32,000 nt of DNA from positions 60,001-92,000 of the forward strand of contig FP565575.1 of the NCBI GenBank assembly GCA_000091165.1. Reading direction: 5' to 3'. Numbering within the stretch: position 1 is the stretch's first letter; every line of letters begins with the position of its first letter. The notes under the pieces were generated by a model that ran no database searches, was not told the DNA's origin, and worked only from the letters and a program-made list of their open reading frames with translations. Shown here in pieces: positions 1 through 8,122 of this stretch. A program made the translations under genes and the position numbers. Source of the stretch: Candidatus Methylomirabilis oxygeniifera (GTDB taxonomy: Bacteria; Methylomirabilota; Methylomirabilia; Methylomirabilales; Methylomirabilaceae).

Positions 1-1146
1 GCCAAACTGGTTGATGCCCCGTTTATCAAGGTGGAGGCCAGCAAGTACACCGAAGTAGGCTACGTCGGACGCGACGTCGAATCGATGGTGCGGGATCTGA
101 CCGAACTGGCGGTGGATATGGTGAAGGCGGAAAGAATCAAGGGGGTCCAGGAGCGGGCGAGGGAGCTGGCAGAAGAGCGGCTCCTGGATCTGCTGTTGCC
201 CGTCAGCAGGATGCCGACAACCCCCGGCGTCGAGCAAACCTTGGACGCGAGCACAGTCACCTCGGCGGCAGAGACTCGCGAAAAACTCAGGAAGCGGCTG
301 CACGAGGGGAAGCTGGACGACCGCACTGTAGAGTTAGAGGTCAAGGATCGCGCGATGCCGATGGTGGAGATTTTCAGCGGCGCCGGCATGGAGGGGATGG
401 ACATCAATATGAAGGAGATGCTGGGGAGCCTGTTGCCCCAGCGGACCAAGCGACGCAAGGTCAAGATTCGGGAAGCCCAGCGGATTCTTGCCCAGGAAGA
501 GGCCGATAAGCTGATCGATGTGGACGAGGTAAGGTCGGAAGCGGTTCGCCGCGTCGAGGACTCCGGAATCGTCTTCCTGGATGAGATCGATAAGATCGCC
601 GGTCGCGATTCGGGTCACGGCCCGGATGTTTCGCGCCAGGGTGTGCAACGCGACCTTTTACCGATTGTCGAGGGGTGCACGGTCAACACCAAGTATGGCC
701 TGGTACGGACCGATCACATCCTGTTTATTGCAGCCGGCGCGTTCCATGTCTCCAAACCGTCGGACCTGATTCCGGAGTTGCAGGGGCGCTTCCCGCTACG
801 TGTAGAACTGGCCAGTCTTACACAAGATGACTTCGTCAGGATCCTTACAGAGCCGCAAAATGCCCTGATCAAGCAGTATACCGCGCTTCTGGAGACAGAG
901 GAGGTCACGCTGGACTTTACCGAAGATGCCATTCAGGAGCTTGCGGCTACCGCATGCGCCGTCAATCAGGCGACTGAGAATATCGGTGCCCGCCGCTTGT
1001 ACACCATTCTGGAGCGGCTGCTGGATGAAATCTCGTTTGAGGCGCCTGCCATGCAAGGAGCCCAGGTGACGATCAATGCTGCGTATGTTCGTGAGCGGCT
1101 TCAGGAGATCGTCAAGAGCGAGGACCTGAGCCGTTATATTCTGTAA
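1..1146 (+). CDS. hslU: ATP-dependent protease ATPase subunit HslU (ClpY), 5'-truncated by the window edge
   Basis: Frame 1 is open from base 1 ([33 protein letters not shown]...). It contains the Walker B region [10 protein letters not shown] and the HslU-type C-terminus ...DLSRYIL. The N-terminal Walker A part must lie upstream of the window. Confidence 0.9.
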   Translation, partial: AKLVDAPFIKVEASKYTEVGYVGRDVESMVRDLTELAVDMVKAERIKGVQERARELAEERLLDLLLPVSRMPTTPGVEQTLDASTVTSAAETREKLRKRLHEGKLDDRTVELEVKDRAMPMVEIFSGAGMEGMDINMKEMLGSLLPQRTKRRKVKIREAQRILAQEEADKLIDVDEVRSEAVRRVEDSGIVFLDEIDKIAGRDSGHGPDVSRQGVQRDLLPIVEGCTVNTKYGLVRTDHILFIAAGAFHVSKPSDLIPELQGRFPLRVELASLTQDDFVRILTEPQNALIKQYTALLETEEVTLDFTEDAIQELAATACAVNQATENIGARRLYTILERLLDEISFEAPAMQGAQVTINAAYVRERLQEIVKSEDLSRYIL

Positions 1147-1199
1147 GGCAGCGATCAGCAATCAGCTACCAGGTGAAATCGTTGCAACCAGTGGAGTGG

Positions 1200-2114
1200 A
1201 TGGTGGGGCAGCGGAAGACGTTAGAGGTCCGGCGCGGAATCGATAAGGCAAATGTCCTGATCGAGGCGCTGCCGTACATCAAGACATTTGCCGGGAAGAC
1301 GGTCGTCATCAAGTACGGCGGCGCGGCGATGACGGATGAGGCGCTCAAGCGGTCGGTGGCGCTGGACGTCATTCTCATGCGATACGTCGGGATGCAACCG
1401 GTTGTTGTCCACGGCGGCGGCCCTGAGATCAGCAGGGCGATGGAGCGGGCAGGACTGAAGCCGACCTTTATCTCCGGATTTCGGGTGACCGACCGGGAGA
1501 CGATGAAGATCGTTGAGATGGTGATGGTGGGCCAGATCAATCAGGAACTGGTGGCGCTTATCAACAGCAGCGGCGGGTCGGCCGTCGGCCTTTCAGGCAA
1601 GGACGGCGGGTTGATCCGGGCGAAGAAGGCCGGTCCGGCTGCGGCCGCTGAGCCTCCAACTGGTGCGGCCGAGCCGCAGATCGATCTGGGGTTTGTTGGC
1701 GAGATTGTTGCTGTTGACGAACGGGTTCTACTTGCCCTGGAGCGCGACGGATTCACGCCGGTGGTGGCCCCAACCGGCGTCGATGAGGCGGGCGTGACAT
1801 ACAACATCAATGCCGATCTGGCGGCCGGCGCAATCGCGTCGGCCCTGCAAGCGGAAAAGCTCATCTTCCTGACCGACACCGACGGTATTCTGGACAAGGA
1901 TGACGCCCTTATTCCTACGCTGAACAGGCACAGGGTGGAGCAACTTATCGCCGATGGCGTCATCTCGGGGGGGATGCTGCCAAAGGTTCAGGCCTGTCTG
2001 ACGGCGTTGGACAAAGGGGTTGAGAAGACGCATATCGTCAACGGCACCATTCCCCATGCCCTTCTGCTGGAGTTTTTCACATCGGAGGGGGTCGGTACGG
2101 AGATCGTGGCGTAG
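1200..2114 (+). CDS. argB: acetylglutamate kinase
   Basis: Amino-acid-kinase N-terminus LPYIKTFAGKTVVIKYGGAAM, then VVVHGGGPEI and NINAD motifs. It sits in an arg gene run. ATG 1200 follows a GGAG. GTG 1173 (the track start) is an alternative. Confidence 0.88.
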   Translation: MVGQRKTLEVRRGIDKANVLIEALPYIKTFAGKTVVIKYGGAAMTDEALKRSVALDVILMRYVGMQPVVVHGGGPEISRAMERAGLKPTFISGFRVTDRETMKIVEMVMVGQINQELVALINSSGGSAVGLSGKDGGLIRAKKAGPAAAAEPPTGAAEPQIDLGFVGEIVAVDERVLLALERDGFTPVVAPTGVDEAGVTYNINADLAAGAIASALQAEKLIFLTDTDGILDKDDALIPTLNRHRVEQLIADGVISGGMLPKVQACLTALDKGVEKTHIVNGTIPHALLLEFFTSEGVGTEIVA

Positions 2115-3314
2115 ATGTCGGCGACCGATGAATTAATGGCGCAGGCGGCTCGCTGGCTGGCCAACACTTATGCCCGCTTTCCGGTGGCGCTGGTGAAGGG
2201 CAGCGGTGTGCGGGTCTGGGACGCTGAGGGCAAGGCGTATCTCGACTTCGCAGCCGGTATCGCCGTGGATGTCCTGGGTCACTGCCACCCCAAGGTGGTG
2301 GAAGCTATCAGGGTGCAGGCCGAGACGCTGCTGCACGTCTCGAACCTCTACTATATTGAGCCGCAGGTTCGATTGGCCCGCGCGCTGAGCGAACAGTCGT
2401 TTGGCGGCAAGGTCTTCTTCTGCAATAGCGGGGCGGAGGCGAATGAGGCGGCCATCAAACTGGCTCGCCGCTATGCCAAGGCGCGGTGGAGTTCCGACCG
2501 ATACGAGATCGTCTGCATGCGGGACTCGTTCCATGGCCGGACGATGGCCACAGTGACCGCCACCGGTCAGGCCAAGTACAGCCAGGGTTTTGAGCCGCTC
2601 CTGCCGGGCTTCAAGCATATCCCGTTCAACGATCTGCCGGCGGCGGAGCGGGCGATCGACTCCCGGACCTGTGCTGTGCTGGTAGAGCCGATTCAGGGCG
2701 AGGGGGGCGTGAGAGTCCCGGACGACGACTACCTGCCTGGCCTTCGACAACTCTGTTCGGAGCGGGAGGTCCTCCTGATGCTGGATGAGGTCCAGACAGG
2801 GATGGGGCGGACCGGGCGCCTCTTCGCCTATGAGCACTCCGGAATCGAACCCGACGTCATGACGCTCGCCAAGGGGTTGGGCGGGGGACTGCCGATCGGC
2901 GCCATGATCGCAAAGGAGACCGTTGCTGATGCCTTTGTACCGGGCAGTCACGCGTCGACCTTCGGCGGTAACCCGTTTGTGGCGACCGTGGCCGTGGCTG
3001 TTCTGACTGAGATCCTCGACGCGCAGTTGCCGGGGCACGCGGCAAAGATCGGCGCCTATTTCCTCGAACGCCTGCAGCAACTGGCTACGCGATGCCCTAT
3101 TGTGAAAGAGGCGCGCGGCAGGGGACTGATGCTCGCATTGGAGCTGACGGTACCCGCGAAACCGATCGTCGAACGCTGCCTTGAGCGCGGCCTGCTGATT
3201 CTGGTTGCGGGAGACCAGGTCCTGCGTTTCGTGCCGCCGCTGATTATCGGCGAGGTTGAGGTCGATGAGGCGATACGTATTCTCGATCTGGCTCTGACGG
3301 AGAAATCGTCATGA
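2115..3314 (+). CDS. argD: acetylornithine aminotransferase (class III PLP aminotransferase)
   Basis: 399 aa with FCNSGAEANEAAIKLAR, LMLDEVQTGMGRTG and STFGGNP motifs. It starts 1 nt after the argB stop and overlaps argF by ATGA. Confidence 0.9.
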   Translation: MSATDELMAQAARWLANTYARFPVALVKGSGVRVWDAEGKAYLDFAAGIAVDVLGHCHPKVVEAIRVQAETLLHVSNLYYIEPQVRLARALSEQSFGGKVFFCNSGAEANEAAIKLARRYAKARWSSDRYEIVCMRDSFHGRTMATVTATGQAKYSQGFEPLLPGFKHIPFNDLPAAERAIDSRTCAVLVEPIQGEGGVRVPDDDYLPGLRQLCSEREVLLMLDEVQTGMGRTGRLFAYEHSGIEPDVMTLAKGLGGGLPIGAMIAKETVADAFVPGSHASTFGGNPFVATVAVAVLTEILDAQLPGHAAKIGAYFLERLQQLATRCPIVKEARGRGLMLALELTVPAKPIVERCLERGLLILVAGDQVLRFVPPLIIGEVEVDEAIRILDLALTEKSS

Positions 3315-4246
3315 AAAAGGATCTTCTGTCGATCAGTGACCTGACGGTCTCCGAGATCGACTCACTATTTTTCCTGGCCGCTGATCTGAAGGCGCAGCAG
3401 CGCAAAGGGGTGGCCCACCCACTGTTGCCCGGTAAGACACTGGGCATGATCTTCGAGAAGCCATCACTCAGGACTCGAGTCACCTTTGAGGTCGGGATGG
3501 CCCAGTTGGGCGGCCGCGCCATCTATTTGGCGCCCGCCGAGATCCAGCTTGGGGTACGGGAGACCGTCAAGGATGTGGCGAAGAATCTCGAGCGATGGGT
3601 TGATGGGATTATCGCGCGAACCTTCGCCCACCGGACCGTGGAGGAACTGGCCGCTCATGCGGCGGTCCCGGTCATCAACGGGCTGAGCGACCTGACTCAC
3701 CCATGCCAGATTCTTGCGGATCTCTTTACCCTTCAGGAAAAGTGCGGCACGCTGCACGGCGTGAAGGTCGCCTACATCGGTGACGGCAATAACGTCTGTC
3801 ATTCATGGCTGTACGGCGCGGCGAGGACCGGCATCGAGCTGCACGTGGCCTGCCCCAAAGGGTACGAGCCGGACGCTGGTATCGTGGCTGCCTCTCGGCA
3901 GGAGGCTGAAGCCGCCGGTGGGCGCATTACCTTGCTGAACGATGCGAGGGCTGCGGCGGAGAGGGCTGATGTCCTGTATACCGATGTCTGGACCAGCATG
4001 GGCCAGGAGACAGAGACGGCGAAGCGGCGGCATGACTTCCGAGGATTTCAGGTCAATGCAGCACTGGTCCGACTGGCCAAACCCGACGTCCTGGTCATGC
4101 ATTGCCTGCCGGCCCACCGCGGCGAAGAGATTACCGACGAGGTCCTCGACGGCCCGCATTCCATCGTCTACGACGAGGCTGAGAACCGACTGCATGTACA
4201 GAAGGCTATCCTGGTGACGCTGTTGGGTCACCGGTCCACGGTTTGA
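3311..4246 (+). CDS. argF: ornithine carbamoyltransferase
   Basis: SLRTRVTFE (carbamoyl-phosphate site), HPCQILAD, GDGNNV (typical of OTCase) and HCLPAHRGEE motifs. 311 aa. Confidence 0.9.
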   Translation: MKKDLLSISDLTVSEIDSLFFLAADLKAQQRKGVAHPLLPGKTLGMIFEKPSLRTRVTFEVGMAQLGGRAIYLAPAEIQLGVRETVKDVAKNLERWVDGIIARTFAHRTVEELAAHAAVPVINGLSDLTHPCQILADLFTLQEKCGTLHGVKVAYIGDGNNVCHSWLYGAARTGIELHVACPKGYEPDAGIVAASRQEAEAAGGRITLLNDARAAAERADVLYTDVWTSMGQETETAKRRHDFRGFQVNAALVRLAKPDVLVMHCLPAHRGEEITDEVLDGPHSIVYDEAENRLHVQKAILVTLLGHRSTV

Positions 4247-4307
4247 GGTGTCGAGTGCGGCTCCCGGGAGACCGGCACAGAGATTGGTTTGATCACCCTT
4301 CTTCTGC

Positions 4308-4329
4308 GGGAGGGGGTGGAGGGGAGGGG
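4308..4329 (+). other. G-quadruplex-type G-tract motif (GGG-A-GGGGG-TGGA-GGGG-A-GGGG) overlapping the Shine-Dalgarno region of the next gene
   Basis: Read directly: four or more runs of at least three G separated by 1-4 nt. The motif is certain; any function is unknown. Confidence 0.3.
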
Positions 4330-4577
4330 TGAAGGTGACGGATTGGAAAGAACGCATTTCGATAGATCCTAACGTCTGCCACGGGAAACCCTGCATTAAG
4401 GGAACCAGAATTTGGGTGTCCTTGATCGTGGATAACTTGGCGTTCGGTTCAAGCGAAGAAGAGATCTTTGAAGCATACCCGTCGCTGACAAGAGAAGATA
4501 TCAGGGCCGCGCTTGCCTACGCCGCCGAAATGGCGAGAGAGCGGTACGTGGACATCCCAATTAAACAAACCGCGTGA
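4329..4577 (+). CDS. DUF433-family small protein (putative antitoxin)
   Basis: 82 aa. ISIDPNVCHGKPCIKGTRIWVSLIVDNL...YPSLTREDIRAALAYA is the characteristic DUF433 pattern. GTG start(s) at 4329/4335 follow GGAGGGG. Confidence 0.75.
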   Translation: MKVTDWKERISIDPNVCHGKPCIKGTRIWVSLIVDNLAFGSSEEEIFEAYPSLTREDIRAALAYAAEMARERYVDIPIKQTA

Positions 4578-4584
4578 AACTCGC

Positions 4585-4959
4585 GTGAAAATCAAACTTG
4601 ATGAATGCGTGGATGCCCGCCACGCCGAGTTCCTGCGCCAGGCGGGTCACGAAACCACGACGGTTCGGGATCAAGGGCTTCTCGGGGCAGCCGACACTGC
4701 GCTCTACGAGCACTGCACGTTGGAGGACCATATCCTGGTGACTCTTGATCTGGATTTTTCCGATGTGCTCCGCTTCCCTCCCGAACGAACTCCCGGCTTG
4801 GTGGTTCTCCGCGGTCCTAACGATCTCTTCCACACCGTGCGGATTCTCGTCCATACCTTGGCCAACGCCCTTACGTGGAATACGCCAACAGGTCGTCTCT
4901 GGATTGTCGAACCTGGCCGTCTCAGGGTTCACGAACCGGCCTATGAAGCTGACGAGTGA
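4585..4959 (+). CDS. DUF5615-family PIN-like protein (putative toxin partner of DUF433)
   Basis: GTG 4585 lies 8 nt after the DUF433 stop. VKIKLDECVD...VTLDLDFSD has the acidic-residue pattern of the Mut7-C/PIN-like DUF5615 family, which normally follows DUF433. The longer track ORF from 4513 overlaps the upstream gene. Confidence 0.7.
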   Translation: MKIKLDECVDARHAEFLRQAGHETTTVRDQGLLGAADTALYEHCTLEDHILVTLDLDFSDVLRFPPERTPGLVVLRGPNDLFHTVRILVHTLANALTWNTPTGRLWIVEPGRLRVHEPAYEADE

Positions 4960-5059
4960 GCTTCCGTAGACCGTCAGACCAAAACAGACGGTAGGAAGAT
5001 GTCGGTCGAGTAGCAGAGTAGCAACTCTACACGACAACACAAATCTCAAACAGTTTGTC

Positions 5060-5080
5060 ATTCCGGGCTTGACGCGGAAT
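5060..5080. repeat. short inverted-repeat (REP-like) hairpin ATTCCG-N9-CGGAAT inside GTCATTCCGGGCTTGACGCGGAATCCAG
   Basis: Read directly. It lies in an A/T-richer non-coding spacer at the left edge of the low-GC segment. The resemblance to small palindromic intergenic elements is from memory only. Confidence 0.25.
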
Positions 5081-5159
5081 CCAGTGTCTTTCTAAATTCC
5101 CGCCTTTTCAGAAGTAACGATTATTGTTGTGATTTGTAACCCTACATCAGTAGTGTCCA

Positions 5160-6278
5160 ATGTTTGAGACTTGGCTCGATACTAATGTTGTTCGCCGATG
5201 GAATCTGCGGTTAAACACTGCTGAAGCCCGCAAGTTCTTCAAGTACGTTCAGGACTTCAAGCTTAAGATCTTTCTGCCTGAGGTAGTCCTCCGTGAGCTA
5301 GTGCAGAATTATGCGGATGAAGCATCGGAGTGCCGCCGAAAACAGAATGAGTTAAAGAAATCTTTGGCGAAACTCGGATTCTCAGTTGACGAGGGAAAAG
5401 GGGATGCCGTTCCAGGTAACCTTGATGACTACTTCCACAATCTCTTAACCCACCAGTGCGCTGAGAAATCGATCACAGTAGTTCCTCTCAGCAAGGTACC
5501 CGTAGAGCGCCTCCTCGACATGGCTATCAAACGCATTGCTCCTTTCCAACAAAAGGGAGAGCGTGGTTTTCGAGATGCTCTCATTCTTTTCTGCCTCCTG
5601 GAGCACACTCGACAGCCTAAGCAGGGTCCGGTATTCCTGGTATCAGAGGATAAAGTCTTCAAGGAAGAAAGCATCGGCGTTCTAGCGGCAGAGTACGGTG
5701 TCGATCTCGCTGTGTATGAGTCAGTCGATACCTTCACAACTTTTTTAGACACTCTGCGCGATCAATTAATCCAGGGAATGAAGCGGAAACAAGCAGAACG
5801 AGTCCGCGCCTTTCTGCGCGAGCACACAGACGAAATTAAGCGCTTTATTCAGGAGAATGCTGAGTTCGAGGAGGCGTTCCTGTCTGGTGGGCTGTTCTCT
5901 GGTGCGCCATACCTCGGGACGATTCGCCGCGTCGGGAACATTGTGCTTAAGGACATTGCCAAAGTCACGACCATCCAAGAGGACTCCGGTGAACAAGGCA
6001 TCGTCACTGTTCTTATCACCTTCGAGGTGCGCTTAGAGATAGAGCTAGAGACCGAAAAACTATGGGTTCCGGAGGAGCCCAAACGATATCGAGTCGGGCA
6101 GGAGGTTGAACAAATAATCCCTATTTTCAGGCCACAGCTACAAATGACGCGAGTAAACCGTGCAGTGGTCTGCGAGGCAGTCGCCAAAGAGCGGACGGAA
6201 GATAACAGGCTTAGCGATCTGCAATTGAAAGAGGTTAAGCTCCGGGCGAATCCCTTCGAGGCACTGAGGGTACCATGA
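5160..6278 (+). CDS. PIN-like nuclease-domain protein (DUF4935-like N-terminal half) with an uncharacterised C-terminal domain
   Basis: 372-aa ORF in a visibly A/T-richer segment. The N-terminal roughly 200 aa carry a PIN-type acidic quartet pattern: LDTNVV (D7), LPEVVLRELV (E41/E46), GFRDALI (D139) and VSEDKVF (E163/D164). I see no recognisable motifs in the C-terminal roughly 170 aa. Confidence 0.6.
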   Translation: MFETWLDTNVVRRWNLRLNTAEARKFFKYVQDFKLKIFLPEVVLRELVQNYADEASECRRKQNELKKSLAKLGFSVDEGKGDAVPGNLDDYFHNLLTHQCAEKSITVVPLSKVPVERLLDMAIKRIAPFQQKGERGFRDALILFCLLEHTRQPKQGPVFLVSEDKVFKEESIGVLAAEYGVDLAVYESVDTFTTFLDTLRDQLIQGMKRKQAERVRAFLREHTDEIKRFIQENAEFEEAFLSGGLFSGAPYLGTIRRVGNIVLKDIAKVTTIQEDSGEQGIVTVLITFEVRLEIELETEKLWVPEEPKRYRVGQEVEQIIPIFRPQLQMTRVNRAVVCEAVAKERTEDNRLSDLQLKEVKLRANPFEALRVP

Positions 6279-6543
6279 GTAGCGGGCAGATGAAGGGAGG
6301 TGGCATGACCGTCCAGCGGGCTACGGCAGAGGCTTCCTGACAGCGTTCAAGGCGCTCTCCAAGCAGGAGCAGGAGGTCATCCTCAGCCGAGTCGCGGAGG
6401 ATCGGAAGCTCCGTCGACTGCTTGAGGATATTATAGACCAGCTCGCCATCAAGGAGGAACGGGGCAAACCCTCCAGACCCCTTCGAGAGTATATCAAGGA
6501 TCGTGAGCGGAAAGAGCAAGAAAGGGCCGGGCCGAGGAGGTGA
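6275..6543 (+). pseudogene. frameshifted small antitoxin-like gene (partner of a RelE/ParE-type toxin)
   Basis: ATG 6275 overlaps the upstream stop (ATGA), and this frame stops after 21 codons at 6338-6340. The -1 frame, open from 6283 with no ATG/GTG/TTG, continues as ...FLTAFKALSKQEQEVILSRVAEDRKLRRLLEDIIDQLAIKEERGKPSRPLREYIKDRE. It ends at TGA 6541-6543, overlapping the next start. Confidence 0.4.
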
Positions 6544-6734
6544 TGGCTTATACTGTTCGGCTCAAGCCCAGAGCGGAGCACGATTTGGATCGGCTCCCTC
6601 TCCCGGTGGCAGGACGAGTCGCAAGGGCGATGATCACCCGCGGGGTCTCTCGGCAAAGCGGGGCGTTTGTACAGCCGAAAGGACGAGGGAGCCTGACGTT
6701 GAGCCAGCCTCAACAATGTATGGAAATGTCTTGA
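6543..6734 (+). pseudogene. RelE/ParE-family toxin remnant (N-terminal part conserved, C-terminal part degenerate or short)
   Basis: MAYTVRLKPRAEHDLDRLPLPVAGRVARAM matches the usual RelE/ParE N-terminus (Y-x-V...A-x-x-D-L-x-x-L-P). The remainder lacks the expected PRP...G-x-Y-R-x-R-V-G-D-Y-R core in any frame, and the ORF is only 63-64 aa. Confidence 0.45.
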
Positions 6735-6758
6735 AAATTCACCATTGGATGGTAGAAT
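6731..6758 (+). promoter_or_regulatory. sigma70-type promoter: TTGAAA, 16-nt spacer, TAGAAT. It would start transcription at or near ATG 6766.
   Basis: Read directly: -35 at 6731-6736 and -10 at 6753-6758. The -10 lies inside a 19-nt palindrome, ATGGTAGA-ATA-TCTACCAT (6749-6767). There is no Shine-Dalgarno before ATG 6766. Confidence 0.4.
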
Positions 6759-6765
6759 ATCTACC

Positions 6766-8028
6766 ATGCTGAGGCGGCATCTCCAGCAAATGGTAGAGCG
6801 GTCCCTGGCTGACTTCCCGGTGGTGCTCATCACCGGGGCCCGCCAGGTGGGCAAGTCCACGCTTGCTCAGGCCCTCATCACCCAAGACTGGCGGGCTGCC
6901 TACCTGACCTTGGACGACCGGACGGTACTGGACGCCGCCCTGAACGATCCTGAGGGCTTTCTGGTGGCGAATCCCACTCCGCTGGTCATTGATGAGGTGC
7001 AGCGAGCCCCCGATCTCCTCCGGGCCATCAAGCGGTGGGTGGATCGCGAACGGAAGAGCGGCCAGTTCCTGTTGACCGGCTCGGCCAACCTGATGACCCT
7101 CCGAACTGTCAGCGAGTCGCTGGCGGGACGGGTCGCGCTGCACCATCTCTTTCCCTTCTCCTGGGCTGAACGGCTCGGCCGCGGAGTGTCGCCCTTTCTG
7201 GGTGAGCTGTTCGAGGTGGACGACGCCAGGGTCCTGCTGAAGAGGTGGCGGAGACGCGATCGGCCGGCTACGGATCTCGTGGATGCCATCCTGTGGGGCG
7301 GCTATCCCCCAGCGAGCCTCATGCGATCCGCAGCAAGCCGCCGCCGATGGTTCGATAGCTATCGGCAGACCTATCTGGAACGCGACCTCCGGGACCTGGC
7401 GAACATCCAATACCTGACGGACTTCGGCCGCCTGTTGATCCTTACTGCGATCCGTACCGGCCAGACGATCAACATGGCGGCTTTTTCTCGGGAGCTTGGC
7501 CTCTCCCAGATGACCCTCAAACGGTACCTTGACCTCTTGGTCCTGACTTACCAGGTGTCCATGGTCCCTGCCTACCACGTCAATGTGGGCCTGCGCCTGG
7601 TGAAGACACCCAAGCTTTACGTCACCGATACCGGACTGGCGTGCCACCTGAGCGGGACGAGAGATTGGGTCACGTTGGAGCGACAGGGGCGCGTAGGGGC
7701 TTTGGTGGAGACCTGGGTGGCCAACGAGCTGGACAAGTGGATCGCCTGCCAGGAGGATGACTACCGGCTCTACTTCTGGCGCACACACACGGGTCAGGAG
7801 GTGGATTTCCTTCTGGTACGAGGAGAAGAGATTGTTGCCATCGAAGTCAAAGCAACCACCAAAGTAGAACGGGGCGACCTGGCTGGGATCGAGGCGTGTG
7901 AGCGGGCTCTCGGGGATCGGGTCCGCTTCTCGGTCGTGCTGTATCGAGGCGAGCAGGTGCTGGGGCTTGGACCGCGCCGCCTGGCGGTTCCCCTTGAGAC
8001 GGCGTTCCTGGGTGGGGTCAGGACATGA
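6766..8028 (+). CDS. AAA+ ATPase with C-terminal DUF4143 / PD-(D/E)xK nuclease-like domain
   Basis: Walker A ITGARQVGKSTL and Walker B LVIDEVQ. The C-terminal GQEVDFLLVRGEEIVAIEVKAT has a D...E-x-K pattern. The architecture is typical of the AAA_14+DUF4143 family. TTG 6745 is an alternative start. Confidence 0.85.
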   Translation: MLRRHLQQMVERSLADFPVVLITGARQVGKSTLAQALITQDWRAAYLTLDDRTVLDAALNDPEGFLVANPTPLVIDEVQRAPDLLRAIKRWVDRERKSGQFLLTGSANLMTLRTVSESLAGRVALHHLFPFSWAERLGRGVSPFLGELFEVDDARVLLKRWRRRDRPATDLVDAILWGGYPPASLMRSAASRRRWFDSYRQTYLERDLRDLANIQYLTDFGRLLILTAIRTGQTINMAAFSRELGLSQMTLKRYLDLLVLTYQVSMVPAYHVNVGLRLVKTPKLYVTDTGLACHLSGTRDWVTLERQGRVGALVETWVANELDKWIACQEDDYRLYFWRTHTGQEVDFLLVRGEEIVAIEVKATTKVERGDLAGIEACERALGDRVRFSVVLYRGEQVLGLGPRRLAVPLETAFLGGVRT

Positions 8029-8122
8029 TGTGACGTTCTTACGGACTCGATGGGGCGGGCATCGCATGGCCGGTGCAGGATGATTTCGCGACTCGGATGA
8101 CGTGATGGCTGGAAAGGAAAGG

